Assembly: GCA_963775685.1 (NCBI GenBank)
Contig: CAVZJV010000014.1
Coordinates: 2,240,001-2,304,000 of the forward strand
Length of the DNA stretch: 64,000 bases
Source of the DNA: Candidatus Bathyarchaeota archaeon
GTDB taxonomy: Archaea > Thermoproteota > Bathyarchaeia > Bathyarchaeales > Bathycorpusculaceae
Direction: 5' to 3'
The notes under the pieces were generated by a model. That model was given only the letters and a program-made list of their open reading frames with translations, was not told the DNA's origin and ran no database searches. The translations under genes were made by a program, and so were the position numbers. Below are positions 20,898 to 31,385 of this stretch, piece by piece. Within the stretch, counting starts at the first letter, position 1; each line of letters begins with the position of its first letter.

Positions 20898-21737
20898 TTG
20901 GTAGATATTATAGGACTTTTGAACAATATTGCTGCCGATATCGTCAATGCAATTCCAGCTATAATCGCCGCAGTCATCATTATTGCGATTGGTTATGGCG
21001 TCGGAACTTTAGTGGGAAGAGCGGTAAATACAATTGTCGAAAAACTAGGCATGGAAAAAAGCTTTGACCAAACGGTTACGGGGAAATCTTTCAGATCCGC
21101 AGGTCTTGACCTGTCTAATTTTATTGGAGCAGTCACCAAAGCGTTCATAATAATATTGTCGATAATTCTAGCGATTCAGGTATTGAATGTTGGAGGAACA
21201 TTCGGATCGTATCTTGCAACAATAGCCGATTATTTGCCAAGGCTACTTGGAGGTATACTTATAATAGTCTTTGGCACGGTGTTCGTGGATTTTCTGGCGA
21301 CATTTATAGGCAAAATGCTACGGCCTATGTTTCCTGAAGCTAAAGTGGAAATAGCTGATATGCTCAAGAACTTGTTGCTAATTGGACTAATTGCATTCAT
21401 AATTCTGCTTGCCCTCGATACTATGCTTCTCTCAGGAAACACAATCTATCCGCTAATTCTTGGCTTTGTAATAATAGGCGCCGGAATAGCCTTAACTGAT
21501 ACATTGATAAAGTCAATCACAGATGATCATTCCGAGTTCAAAACAGTCGCAGGCTACGCGAAATTCGTCTTATACAGCATATTCTTAATTATCGGTGCTG
21601 GTGCAATCTTCGCTACTTTTCCTGGTGTCACAGATGTCATCGCAAATATTTCTTGGGCTTTTGCTATTGCACTTGCAATAATGCTCATTCCAGTTGGATA
21701 TGCAATGGCTAAAAAAATATCTAAAGAAATAATCTAA
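20898..21737 (+). CDS. Membrane protein with conserved TM-helix repeats (MscS-associated type)
   Basis: AIPAIIAAVIII and YLPRLLGGILII repeats. Confidence 0.75.
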   Translation: MVDIIGLLNNIAADIVNAIPAIIAAVIIIAIGYGVGTLVGRAVNTIVEKLGMEKSFDQTVTGKSFRSAGLDLSNFIGAVTKAFIIILSIILAIQVLNVGGTFGSYLATIADYLPRLLGGILIIVFGTVFVDFLATFIGKMLRPMFPEAKVEIADMLKNLLLIGLIAFIILLALDTMLLSGNTIYPLILGFVIIGAGIALTDTLIKSITDDHSEFKTVAGYAKFVLYSIFLIIGAGAIFATFPGVTDVIANISWAFAIALAIMLIPVGYAMAKKISKEII

Positions 21738-21827
21738 ACCCCCGACTTTTTTTTTAAAAAAAATGCCGAAGGTATTTTAAAATTATTTGGTTGAGACTTA
21801 GTATCTATAAGTTGTAGTTTTTAGCAG

Positions 21828-22796
21828 TTAGCTACTTTGGTCGTTTTTTTCTTGTTTGACATGAATTGGTGGGAACCCCGTTATGTTAATTGTTGAGGAT
21901 GCTATTTTGATTTTTTCAGATTTTTCAATTTCGCTAAGAATTATTCGGCTAAGCCGATCATGCAGGTTTCTTCGACTCCTAACTTCAGTTACGTACCTAA
22001 TTCCCAGTGTTATCCAGTTATCTGTTAGAGTTACGAAAATAGTGGGTTCTAAGGATCTTTTTGTGAAATAGTACTTGCCTTCTAATTTCTCCATTATTCT
22101 TTGTGCGTTAGCGCATATTTGTTCAGTTTCTATCTTTACAATGTCAAGAATCTTGGTGGTTGCTTCTTTCCAGTCGCTATCATATGTTATGGGGATTGTT
22201 AGTTCATCCCACATGAAATCAAAGTCTCGAGTATAGTTCTGAACTGTGCCTGTTAAGACGGTTCCGTTTGGAATAATTGTTAATCTCCCGGTGTTTTGGT
22301 CTCCTACAACCCATTCCCGAGTTTCCATTAAAGTTGTATAGAAAAGGCCAACGTCGATTACGTCTCCAAATTTGTTGTTAAGTTCAATTCTGTCGCCAAC
22401 TCGGTAAATCCCATTCAAAAATACCATTACTCCTCCGATAAAATTTTTAAAAATGTCCTGTAATGCAAAGGCGATTGCAGCTCCAATTAATCCTAAAGCG
22501 ATAAGGATACTTTGTGTCTCAACTATCCATACACTAATGAAGGCAATTAAAAAAACAGCTATGCTCAAGATTGAAATTACTTTTCTTAAAGAGTATCTTG
22601 TTTTTGAATCTTTGATTTTGTTAGTTATTAGCTCTTCGAACAAAATTTCAAAAAGAAAGTAGATTATTGCCAAAGCAATAATGCTGTAGCTTATTTTTAG
22701 TAAATACTGGTCAGGATACTTGAAGTTGACAAACCATGATAGAACGCTTAGAAGTATAAGAGACAACAAAATGAGTAGTCTGGAGCGTCTAACCAA
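21828..22796 (-). CDS. mscS: Small-conductance mechanosensitive channel
   Basis: AFALQD..KNFIGG, YRVGDRIE, GDVIDVG, IPNG. Confidence 0.9.
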   Translation of the reverse strand: MVRRSRLLILLSLILLSVLSWFVNFKYPDQYLLKISYSIIALAIIYFLFEILFEELITNKIKDSKTRYSLRKVISILSIAVFLIAFISVWIVETQSILIALGLIGAAIAFALQDIFKNFIGGVMVFLNGIYRVGDRIELNNKFGDVIDVGLFYTTLMETREWVVGDQNTGRLTIIPNGTVLTGTVQNYTRDFDFMWDELTIPITYDSDWKEATTKILDIVKIETEQICANAQRIMEKLEGKYYFTKRSLEPTIFVTLTDNWITLGIRYVTEVRSRRNLHDRLSRIILSEIEKSEKIKIASSTINITGFPPIHVKQEKNDQSS

Positions 22797-23042
22797 GCTA
22801 TTTTCCCTAAATTATATTCCGTGGAGGCTGTATTTATATTGTGTTTTCTTTTTTTTGGTCAATTTCAAAAATAGTCTTTTTAGAAATTCTCGAGGACAAG
22901 CATACTTGAAGATGGACCCTTGCCGAATTGAAGAATTTTTCCACAATTATCCCTGATTACCGCTATGCTAAAATACGATTCAGTCATAAAGCACTCTGTT
23001 GCTTGACCTGCCTACGGGTCGCAATTAATTTACTGGGGACCT

Positions 23043-24182
23043 TTGAAAATGACAGAGACATCAGAGCGTATTGTTACTCGCGGACTACGAAATGTCCATG
23101 CTGCTGAAACTAAAATCAGCTTTGTAGACCCAAACGGCGCCCTTTACTATTTAGGCTACAACATTGACGACCTCATAGAATACGTTTCCTATGAAGAAGT
23201 CGCATTTCTATTAATTAACAAAAAACTACCTACAAAAAAAGAATTGAGTGACTTCAAGTTGCTTCTTGAGTCAGAGATGAATCTGCCGGAGGCATCGATT
23301 AGAAGCCTCGAATCCAACTCAAAGTTCTGCCATCCCATGGAAGTTTTACGTACAGAAGTTTCACGCTTCAGCCAATTTGACCCTGACTGCAACGATAATT
23401 CGATAACTGCAAACAAAAGACGGGCTATTCAGTTAGTGGCTAAGGTTCCCACGTTGGTGGCTGCCCTTCATAGGGTACGCAACAACCAAAAACCGCTCGC
23501 TGCAGTGAAGGAATTTGGTTTTGCGGAAAATTTTCTCTACATGGTACGCGGAATTCACGCAGACGCTGAAGAGAAAAGAGCTATTGACCGATTCATGACG
23601 CTGCATGCTGACCATGATTTTAACGCTTCAACCTTTGCGGCCCGGGTAACAGCAAGTACCAACTCAGACGTTTATTCCGCAGTCACTTCCGCTATTGGCA
23701 CTCTCAAAGGTCCTCTGCATGGAGGTGCCAGTGAGAAAGTAATGCACATGTTAGACAACATAAATACTGAAGAAGAAGTGGACGCTTACATCCAAGGCAT
23801 GCTAGATGACCAAAAAAAGATAATGGGTTTTGGTCACAGAATATATAAAACAGAAGACCCACGAACAAAGCATCTGAGAGGTATGGCTGAACAGTTGTGC
23901 CACCACAAGAATTCCTTAAAAATCTATAATTTGTCTCTTAAAATTGAGAATGTTGTTCATGAGAAAAAGAAGATTTTTCCCAACGTAGATTTCTATGCTG
24001 CTGTGACGTTAAATACCCTTGGGGTTTCATCAGAATTCTTTACCCCGTTTTTTGCTTCGAGCAGAATCTCTGGGTGGGCGGCTCATATATTGGAGCAGTA
24101 TGAAGATGCGGTTCTTCTGCGTCCTTCTTCAAAATATGTTGGCGAATTCGACAGACTGTTTCTTCCAATCGAACAAAGGTGA
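23043..24182 (+). CDS. Citrate (or 2-methylcitrate) synthase
   Basis: HADHDFNASTF, GPLHGGA, MGFGHRIYK..DPR, PNVDFY. Confidence 0.93.
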   Translation: MKMTETSERIVTRGLRNVHAAETKISFVDPNGALYYLGYNIDDLIEYVSYEEVAFLLINKKLPTKKELSDFKLLLESEMNLPEASIRSLESNSKFCHPMEVLRTEVSRFSQFDPDCNDNSITANKRRAIQLVAKVPTLVAALHRVRNNQKPLAAVKEFGFAENFLYMVRGIHADAEEKRAIDRFMTLHADHDFNASTFAARVTASTNSDVYSAVTSAIGTLKGPLHGGASEKVMHMLDNINTEEEVDAYIQGMLDDQKKIMGFGHRIYKTEDPRTKHLRGMAEQLCHHKNSLKIYNLSLKIENVVHEKKKIFPNVDFYAAVTLNTLGVSSEFFTPFFASSRISGWAAHILEQYEDAVLLRPSSKYVGEFDRLFLPIEQR

Positions 24183-24331
24183 GGTAAACATTCTAGATTC
24201 TTTTTATTGTCATGGGTATTAGACTTTTAGCCTATTTTTCGACTTTTATGCTGTTAATTGTTCGGATAGCACCATTATCTGTAAGAGGAGTGCGTCCTCT
24301 AATTCTCTTGTCAGTGGCCAAGGTGTTGAGT

Positions 24332-24371
24332 GGAAGGGGTTTGAACCCTTGAATCCCAACTTAGGAAGCTG
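24332..24371 (-). repeat. Degenerate tRNA-Arg(CCU) anticodon/T-arm remnant (att-like)
   Basis: ggaaggggtttgaacccttgaatcccaacttaggaagctg vs tRNA gggagggatttgaaccctcgacccccaacttaggaggctg. Confidence 0.75.
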
Positions 24372-25119
24372 TACGCGTTATTTCTTGGTAAATCAGTATG
24401 ACGACCCATAGCATTGACAGTGTAGCTATAAAGAAGATTGGGTAGAGAATGAGGTCTGAGATTTCAAGCGATGTCAGTCGTGCCAAATCGTAGAAAATAT
24501 AGATGATGAAAGTTAGGAATATGCCGAAACCAAGAGTTCTTTTCTTGCGAACCGCTATTAACAGCCCAACCGCAGCGATTGCGCCCTCTATGATTATTGC
24601 AATGTATTGCAGCGGTGATACAACATCCCCGAATGTTTGAACGTAGAGTCCTGACCCGACGAGCAAAACCTCTTCACCGCTTTGGACACCTTTGATGAAG
24701 GTTTGTTTGGTTGATGGCTCTGTTTCTCCAGGTTTAGGCCATTGGTAGTTTATCCAGCCTTCTCCTTTTCCACTCAAGGCGATATCTATAAACAGTTTCC
24801 CAATCGGTTTTCCTGTCACATCTACCAGTGTGCTCATGTTTTGGCCTTCTCCGGTCCTGTCGGGAGGATAAACAAGGCGGAGACCATCCATCTTCCAGAC
24901 AAAGATGTACGTGTCGTCTTGGAACCATTTGGTTCCGTTCTGTCTGAACTCAGAAAATGCAGCTTCACCTTTAACTGTGATAAGATTGGCGGCGTCTAAA
25001 ACAAGCGATTTGATTGCTTCTTTTCTGTTAGTCTGCTCAGTTTGATTAATGAGGCCTATTATTAAAAATACAGACAGAATCACAAGCAAGGCTGCAAATA
25101 CTACATGTTTCTTTTCCAT
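24361..25119 (-). CDS. Single Cache-domain membrane protein without signalling domain
   Basis: TM helix, YIFV..DVTGK..GEGWINYQWPKPG..K, three C-terminal TM helices. Confidence 0.85.
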   Translation of the reverse strand: MEKKHVVFAALLVILSVFLIIGLINQTEQTNRKEAIKSLVLDAANLITVKGEAAFSEFRQNGTKWFQDDTYIFVWKMDGLRLVYPPDRTGEGQNMSTLVDVTGKPIGKLFIDIALSGKGEGWINYQWPKPGETEPSTKQTFIKGVQSGEEVLLVGSGLYVQTFGDVVSPLQYIAIIIEGAIAAVGLLIAVRKKRTLGFGIFLTFIIYIFYDLARLTSLEISDLILYPIFFIATLSMLWVVILIYQEITRTAS

Positions 25120-25230
25120 TTTATATCGCTTACCTTTTTTGATTTGACAATTTAGTCAATCTCGCTTAATATTATCAACTTAATAGGTTTTTTCTGTATT
25201 TCATGTGTTAAAGGCGGGCGCGTTTATCCG

Positions 25231-25315
25231 TGGCAGGCGGGGATATCTATGAGACCTCGTTTGAACCTTCGGGTTAGCGCCTTTGATACGGCTAATAGAC
25301 TCGACCTCGCTTAGG
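25231..25315 (-). repeat. tRNA-Arg 3'-end remnant with structured T-arm insertion (type B)
   Basis: tggcaggcgggga-tatctatgagacctcg-tttgaaccttcg...ctcgacctcgcttagg; homologous to the copy at 36372. Confidence 0.75.
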
Positions 25316-25381
25316 TTCAGCGACCCACCACAAAAAATACCGAAACAAATGAGCCGCTTCAACGGGGTCTACCCTTTGTGT

Positions 25382-26281
25382 CTATCGGCAAAGTATCACA
25401 ATCAAGTATCCAAGAATAAGCAGATTGATTGTGAAAAGAGAAACAACGTTAATAGCACTGAACATCTGGGCGTTTTTTCCTTTACGTACTTGCAGTAAAC
25501 CTATGAGCCCTGCAACTAAGGGTATGCTTGAAAACGTTGTGATTACAAAAAGATTCACCTGTAAAATAGCTGGCTGCAAAGCAAAGTAAAGAAGCACCAA
25601 GAAAGCAATAAAGGCCGAGGAGAACGTTAAAGTAAAGACTGCCCCTACCCCTTTAGTTACACCCAAGGTTTTCTTATCGCCTAAACGATCGTCTTCTACA
25701 TCGGATGCTTCAAGACTCAGTGCAAGCATAAAACCGTAAAGTATGAAGGATACCACAAATAATCCGTACCAGTTATCTATGGCGCCTTTATTTGACAAAT
25801 AACCCGCGGCAGGAATCGCAAAGCCAAAAGCTAACGCTATTGCGAATTCCCCAAATCCCCTTGAAACCAGACGTAATGGTGGCGAAGAGTAGAACCCAAA
25901 AAATTGGCTCCAATCATTATCAACACCAACACCAAAGGGGCAATATTGAAAATAACCGCAAAAGACGAAATCAGAAGCGATATCACAAGAAGAACAACCG
26001 CTATTTTTAGCCAATGGCAGCATTTCTGGGTTGTCTGTCAGAACATTGTTGCTTGAAAACAACAGTTTCTTGTGTCTTGCTTTGTCTTGTTTAACATCGA
26101 AATAATCATTACTAAAATGGGTTGAAAGATCTCCAAAGAATACTGTTGCGTAGCAGACAACAAAATAGAGGGGGTTAAAAATTCCACCATTTGCTAATCC
26201 TAACAAAGCTCCTACTGCAAAAGCCAATAGACCTCCGACAACAATGTGGAGTCTTATGATCTTTAGGTACTGCTCGACCAC
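25382..26281 (-). CDS. UbiA/MenA-like prenyltransferase (compensating frameshifts ~25900-26010)
   Basis: NDYFD..D, FYSSPPLRL..RGFGE, DVEDD..KKTL. Confidence 0.85.
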   Translation of the reverse strand: MVEQYLKIIRLHIVVGGLLAFAVGALLGLANGGIFNPLYFVVCYATVFFGDLSTHFSNDYFDVKQDKARHKKLLFSSNNVLTDNPEMLPLAKNSGCSSCDIASDFVFCGYFQYCPFGVGVDNDWSQFFGFYSSPPLRLVSRGFGEFAIALAFGFAIPAAGYLSNKGAIDNWYGLFVVSFILYGFMLALSLEASDVEDDRLGDKKTLGVTKGVGAVFTLTFSSAFIAFLVLLYFALQPAILQVNLFVITTFSSIPLVAGLIGLLQVRKGKNAQMFSAINVVSLFTINLLILGYLIVILCR

Positions 26282-26360
26282 GACTAAACCTTCAGAGAGG
26301 TATTCTACTGTTTCTATGATAAAACAACTTATATGTAAATTAGTTTAATAAAAAAGTTAA

Positions 26361-27272
26361 GTGAAAAGAACATTGATGAAAGTTAAAAAGTATATGGATC
26401 TGCTGCGTCTGCACTTCTTTTTTGTTTGGCCAACGCTATTCTGTGCGGGATTGTTTTTAAGTTTCATTTTCTATGGCAGCTTTTCCTTAATTACAGTTTT
26501 GAAAGCCGTTTTAATTGGGTTTCTGGGTTTTGAAGCTGGACTTGTACTCAATGATATAGTAGATGCAAACATCGATAAAAGAGAGTTACCATCTGATGAC
26601 AAATTAACCAAGTATTGGCGGCCATTCGGAAACCGACCTATCTCCCAAGCCTTGATTTCACGTAATCATGCTGTCGTAATTTTTGTTGTTTTTGTTGCGT
26701 TGACGTCGGCAGTTATTCTCTCTCTTCCTTATCCTCATTCGTTGTGTGTCTTTGTTATTATGATTACGTGCTATTGCTTGGAGGCGTTCTATCAGCTTAA
26801 AAAGCGACACGAAAGTTTTCCAGTTGCACAAGTAATTGGAAGAATGGATTTTGCCCTGTTTCTTGTTGCAGGATACCTCATTATCGGTCAACCGGATTTG
26901 AATGCGCTTTTTCTTTTTCTCTTCTTCTATCCTCTCGCACTTGCGCATTTGGGTGTAAATGATTTGATAGATGTATCAAACGATGTTGCTAAAGAAATGA
27001 AAACAATAGCGACACTTTACGGGTTAAATTTTACCGCTTTTTGGGTACTTTCGCTCAGCATATGGCATTTTGTAATGGCTATTGTGTTTTTAACTATGCT
27101 TGGGACGATTTTGTCTATTGCAGGGTTTGCAGTAAGCTTGACTATTTTAGCTGTTGGAAATTTCAGGATAATGAGAAAAAAGAACTCTGAGTCGGCTCTC
27201 AGTGCTTTGCCGCTCTTTCATATAGCTATGCTATTTTATGCAATAACAATAATTCTAGACTTCTTCATTTAG
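26361..27272 (+). CDS. UbiA-family prenyltransferase
   Basis: NDIVDANID, RPI, NDLIDVSND..MKT; multiple TM helices. Confidence 0.85.
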   Translation: MKRTLMKVKKYMDLLRLHFFFVWPTLFCAGLFLSFIFYGSFSLITVLKAVLIGFLGFEAGLVLNDIVDANIDKRELPSDDKLTKYWRPFGNRPISQALISRNHAVVIFVVFVALTSAVILSLPYPHSLCVFVIMITCYCLEAFYQLKKRHESFPVAQVIGRMDFALFLVAGYLIIGQPDLNALFLFLFFYPLALAHLGVNDLIDVSNDVAKEMKTIATLYGLNFTAFWVLSLSIWHFVMAIVFLTMLGTILSIAGFAVSLTILAVGNFRIMRKKNSESALSALPLFHIAMLFYAITIILDFFI

Positions 27273-27411
27273 TACTATCTTGTGCTTTTTGTTTAGGTTT
27301 AAAATGGGGACAAGCTGATTCTTCAGGGTTTAGATTAGTGAAATGAAAGAACTTGCAGGTTCCATAATCACAGTTGCTGCAGTCTCCATGTTTATGCTTG
27401 TAGAAATCCAT
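27265..27411 (-). CDS. Small Cys-rich protein
   Basis: CSNC..C...ACPHF; start codon uncertain. Confidence 0.5.
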   Translation of the reverse strand: MDFYKHKHGDCSNCDYGTCKFFHFTNLNPEESACPHFKPKQKAQDSTK

Positions 27412-27609
27412 TCGTGGGATTCCACTTCGAAGTTGCCGAAGAGCATTTCCTAGCACACTGATCAGCCTTGGAGTAACTATGCCCCTTAAGTAACAATTTA
27501 ATTTTTCTGAGTTATTAAACAAAAATCAGGGTCTACACGAATCAAACTCAAAGGAAAATTTTGCCTGTGATTTCTTCATTGTGGGGGATTGTCTTGCCGA
27601 TTTCTGTTG

Positions 27610-28379
27610 TCAGTAGCTTGACTTTTCGATCTCAAAACTAGCAACATATTCCAGATTCTTGGGTGGCTTCTTATCTTTTGAACTGTCGAAGACGAATTTA
27701 GTTTTCCAACTATTGTATTCTGCAGCAACATGTAAATGGCAAAGGGCAATACCCATGTTGATCGGATAGTGGCTCCCGCCTACAATTGTTCTAAGGAAGT
27801 TAGACTTGTGGAGGAATAGGCTTGAATTGCATTCATGTTGCCGGTAAAATACCAGTTTTGTAAGTTTACAGCTGATGGAGCAAGACGCGCTGGCTCTAAA
27901 ATTTCATCGGTGCCCTGTGTGTTTGTTATTTCCGTAATAGATTTTCTTTTGAACTCTGAAGTACTGTTCCTGTATACTGGTTCCTTTGAATTTCCAAACG
28001 ACATCAAAATAATGAATTTGAGATTTGAAGCGTTTGTTAAGTCTTTGGTTGGTTGAGGAATACCCAACCAGCAACTGCCTAAACCGGAAGCTGAAAAATA
28101 AAGGTCCATTTGCTGAAGCATAAAACCAATGTTGACTTTGTAGGCGTCCTTGGCTTCGGAGAATGCTGCGATAAAGTGGGGCGCTTTATTCCCAAGTTTT
28201 CTGGTTACCTGGTTGGGCGAAATAATTTTGAACTCAGTCTTTATCCCTGATAACAAAGGCTGTAATGACTGCAAATTTGTTGAAATCTCTTCGAGAAGAT
28301 TTGAGTCAATCGGCGCGGAGTCATAATCCCTGATTGGTTTTCTTTTAAAAATTGCTTCGTAAAGACCATTCTTATCCAT
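27610..28379 (-). CDS. Nitroreductase-family (two-domain) protein, frameshift at ~27810
   Basis: AIFKRK.IRDY, GLGSCWLG, RLAPSAVNLQ; continues as NMGIALCHL in another frame. Confidence 0.85.
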
Positions 28380-28688
28380 TTTCTTGCAGATCCAACGAAA
28401 TTCTTATTATTACTTCTGACCTCAGACCTTAAAACTTACTGTGTGAGATATAGACGCATAAATCCGATTAAGAGACGAAATCGAAAATTTGGTAACCGAG
28501 TATTACACCACCCGCAGACATTGGCAACAACAAGCTGTTCTATGTTGGCTGGTGTTGAATTGTTCGTTTGCACCCTAATAACTGCTGTAGAATCTGAAGG
28601 TTCAAACGCTCATTGGAATAATAATGACAATAGTGGTTGAAGTCAAAGAATAGCATTCTTTTGGGTTTGAATTGATAAAATTGGCTTC

Positions 28689-28748
28689 TGGCGGGCGAGG
28701 AGGGATTTGATCCTGCGCCCTAAAAGGGATATCACCCGCAAATCCTCT
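28689..28748 (-). repeat. tRNA-Arg 3'-end remnant with 31-nt T-loop insertion (type A)
   Basis: tggcgggcgaggagggatttga followed by tcctgcgccctaaaagggatatcacccgcaaatcctc; homologous to the copy at 39189. Confidence 0.8.
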
Positions 28749-28886
28749 TTTTTTCCAACATTTTGATTACTGTTTAGTTTCACAATCGACGTATTCGAAA
28801 AGCTATATCTAAAACAACTCAGAACTTTTGAACAAACGACAAGTTCAGGTTAAAATAATATTTAAATAGATTTTAACAGGCAAGTT

Positions 28887-30821
28887 ATGATAAAGGCGCT
28901 AACTATGGAATTTGAATTAATTCTAGTTGCATTGGCTTCATCGTTAATAGTAGTAGACATAACCTTGCCATTAATGTCCAAGGCAATTTTCAAGCGGCTG
29001 AGCAAATACACAGTTGCTCTAAGTTCACTTGCTTTTGTCCTTATACTATGGTCTTACATTCAGCTACTCTTCGCTTTCGTTAGCAACGATTTTTCTTACT
29101 CGAGCGTCTACTTTTTTTGTTCCTCAAGCCTGCCGTTACTATCGAAAATTTATGCGAGTTGGGCCGGGGCAGGAGGCTCAATGCTACTACTATCCATAAT
29201 CCTTAGCCTTATCTACTTTGGTTCAAAATTAGCAGCCTATAAAAAGCCTGAAAGGTTCCAAATCGTTTCCAGCCAGATCTTAGGCTTTGTTGTTCTGATA
29301 TTTCTTAGTGTTACTCTGTTAAGAAATCCATTTGAACGTTTGCCTGCCGCTATGGTGGAAGGTTTAGGGCTCAATCCCCAACTTCAAAGCTTCTGGATGG
29401 CAATCCACCCGCCGATTGTTTTTTCGGCTTACGCTTTTGTTGTCTTAACGTTTGCCTTGACTCTTGCCAGCTTACGCACTAACCAAGAGTTAGAAAAAAA
29501 CATTGTTTTCAAAATCTCCATTTATGCATCGTGGATTCTGCTAACCATCGGAATAACTTTAGGAGGCGTTTGGGCGTACGCGGTTTTAGGCTGGGGCGGA
29601 TACTGGGCATGGGACCCAGTGGAAACCGCTTCCCTCTTGCCTTGGCTTATACTTACCGCTTACTTCCTAACCCGAAGCCTATCAAAGCTCAAAAAAAGCT
29701 TAACCCAAGAATCAATGATTATGATGACTTTTGCCAGTCTCGTTTTCCTCAGCGCCTTAACCCGCGGCGGTTTAACACCATCAGTCCACTCCTACGCTAC
29801 CTCAGCAATTGGTCCAATCATGCTTTCTTTCGCCGTCGCCATGATGGGGTTTTTCTTTTTCTTTGCTAAGGGCAAAAAGAAGCCTTTCTTTAAACTCGAA
29901 GTTGATCGCGCCTCGCTGATTTCTCGGTCGACATTTGTTGCCTTTTGGGCGTTAATCCTCATTTCAATCGTTTGCCTCGCGGGGTTGGCTTTCAAAGATT
30001 TCCCTTACAGCCTCTTCACCTACCCCTTTGTGTTGTTGTTCATCATTTCGCTTGTTGGATTTAGTTTAGATGATAAAATCCATTATGCCCGCCAGCTTTT
30101 AATCGTAGTTTTTTCTTTAGTCGCGGGTGGTGTGCTCACAGCGGTCGGGGTTTTTCCGGTGAATGTTCTGCTCACTCTGACTGTCCCCATGTTTGCCGTA
30201 GTGTTTGTTTTGCTGCTTTACCAGCTTATCAAGTCTGCAAGAAGGAAAACGTTGCTTTGGCAGCGCCTCTTTGGCTTAGCTGTTGTTGTAATGTTGCTGG
30301 GCGTGTTTATCAGTGCAGGCGCAAAAACCTCCACAACCCTAAACGACCTAAAACCCAATGTTCCCACAGAAGCTCTGGATACAACAGTTGAAGTAAGTAA
30401 CCTTAACATCGTCAACGCAACCTCCGAAGTTTACAACACCCAAGCCGGAAACGTTCTGCCGCAGTACTCTGCTGTCACTGCAGATATAACCATCCGCCAA
30501 GCAGATGCAACATATAGCGGCGAAGTTTCAGCGAGTTTCTACCCCAACTACGGCTTAGCCCTGACACCGCTAATAGTCAACACCCCCTCAGGCGACATTT
30601 ATGTGCACATGGAAATCGATGAAGAACTCTATAGCATATTGTCTGCTCAGCTTACTGGCAACAGCACCACCCCCGCCGCCGTAACATTAACTGTTCAGCA
30701 TGTCCCTATGGTTTACCTCGTTTGGGCGGGCGTCACGTTGATGGTTGTTTCAATGGCTGCGGAATGCTTCATTGACCTGCATCGAACAAGGCAGCAACAA
30801 AAATTGGTCATCCGAAGCTGA
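28887..30821 (+). CDS. ccmF: Cytochrome c maturation heme lyase CcmF
   Basis: WAGAGGS, GLNPQLQ..MAIHPP, WGGYWAWDPVETAS, SVHSY. Confidence 0.9.
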   Translation: MIKALTMEFELILVALASSLIVVDITLPLMSKAIFKRLSKYTVALSSLAFVLILWSYIQLLFAFVSNDFSYSSVYFFCSSSLPLLSKIYASWAGAGGSMLLLSIILSLIYFGSKLAAYKKPERFQIVSSQILGFVVLIFLSVTLLRNPFERLPAAMVEGLGLNPQLQSFWMAIHPPIVFSAYAFVVLTFALTLASLRTNQELEKNIVFKISIYASWILLTIGITLGGVWAYAVLGWGGYWAWDPVETASLLPWLILTAYFLTRSLSKLKKSLTQESMIMMTFASLVFLSALTRGGLTPSVHSYATSAIGPIMLSFAVAMMGFFFFFAKGKKKPFFKLEVDRASLISRSTFVAFWALILISIVCLAGLAFKDFPYSLFTYPFVLLFIISLVGFSLDDKIHYARQLLIVVFSLVAGGVLTAVGVFPVNVLLTLTVPMFAVVFVLLLYQLIKSARRKTLLWQRLFGLAVVVMLLGVFISAGAKTSTTLNDLKPNVPTEALDTTVEVSNLNIVNATSEVYNTQAGNVLPQYSAVTADITIRQADATYSGEVSASFYPNYGLALTPLIVNTPSGDIYVHMEIDEELYSILSAQLTGNSTTPAAVTLTVQHVPMVYLVWAGVTLMVVSMAAECFIDLHRTRQQQKLVIRS

Positions 30822-31248
30822 TGTGCAGGATATAGTATAAAGTGCCTAACCCTAAAGAGAGAAGCCAAAGCGCAAGGATTTTCCACATAAGCTTCTTTCG
30901 GGGGGCGCAGAACTTGGTGCTGCTAGACTCGTTTATGGCCCAAACCCAAAGAAGCCAAACGCCCAAAACCACCGCAAATGCTCCAATGATGCCGTGGATG
31001 ACACCTGATAAAGCTACAAAGTAAAAGTCAGCTAAAGTTTCAGCGGCCGCGGATACAAACGAGGGTCCCATATGCGAAATTAAGAGTAAAACGGTGATTA
31101 ACATGACTACCATCATGGCGTTTCCATGCCAAACCCATTTGCGCTTCTTTTCCAGGTATAGACTTAAACCGATTATGCCCAGCGCAGCCACAAATATGAC
31201 GATGTTTGCCTGTGCCATCCATTCATGAACTACCTCGAAGGTAACCAT
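30808..31248 (-). CDS. DUF420-like four-TM His-containing membrane protein
   Basis: WHGNAM and IHGIIG motifs; lies within the oxidase cluster. Confidence 0.6.
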   Translation of the reverse strand: MVTFEVVHEWMAQANIVIFVAALGIIGLSLYLEKKRKWVWHGNAMMVVMLITVLLLISHMGPSFVSAAAETLADFYFVALSGVIHGIIGAFAVVLGVWLLWVWAINESSSTKFCAPRKKLMWKILALWLLSLGLGTLYYILHISFG

Positions 31249-31385
31249 ATACTCTCTCCAAAGTTTAGTTATAGTCTTTATGTTAAAAAATTTTCATAAA
31301 TTTAAAATAACCTGGATTATATAAAATTAGAAACCTTAATAAAGACTGGGTTTGAGACCTTAAGTGGCAGTAAGGGGTTTGTTTT

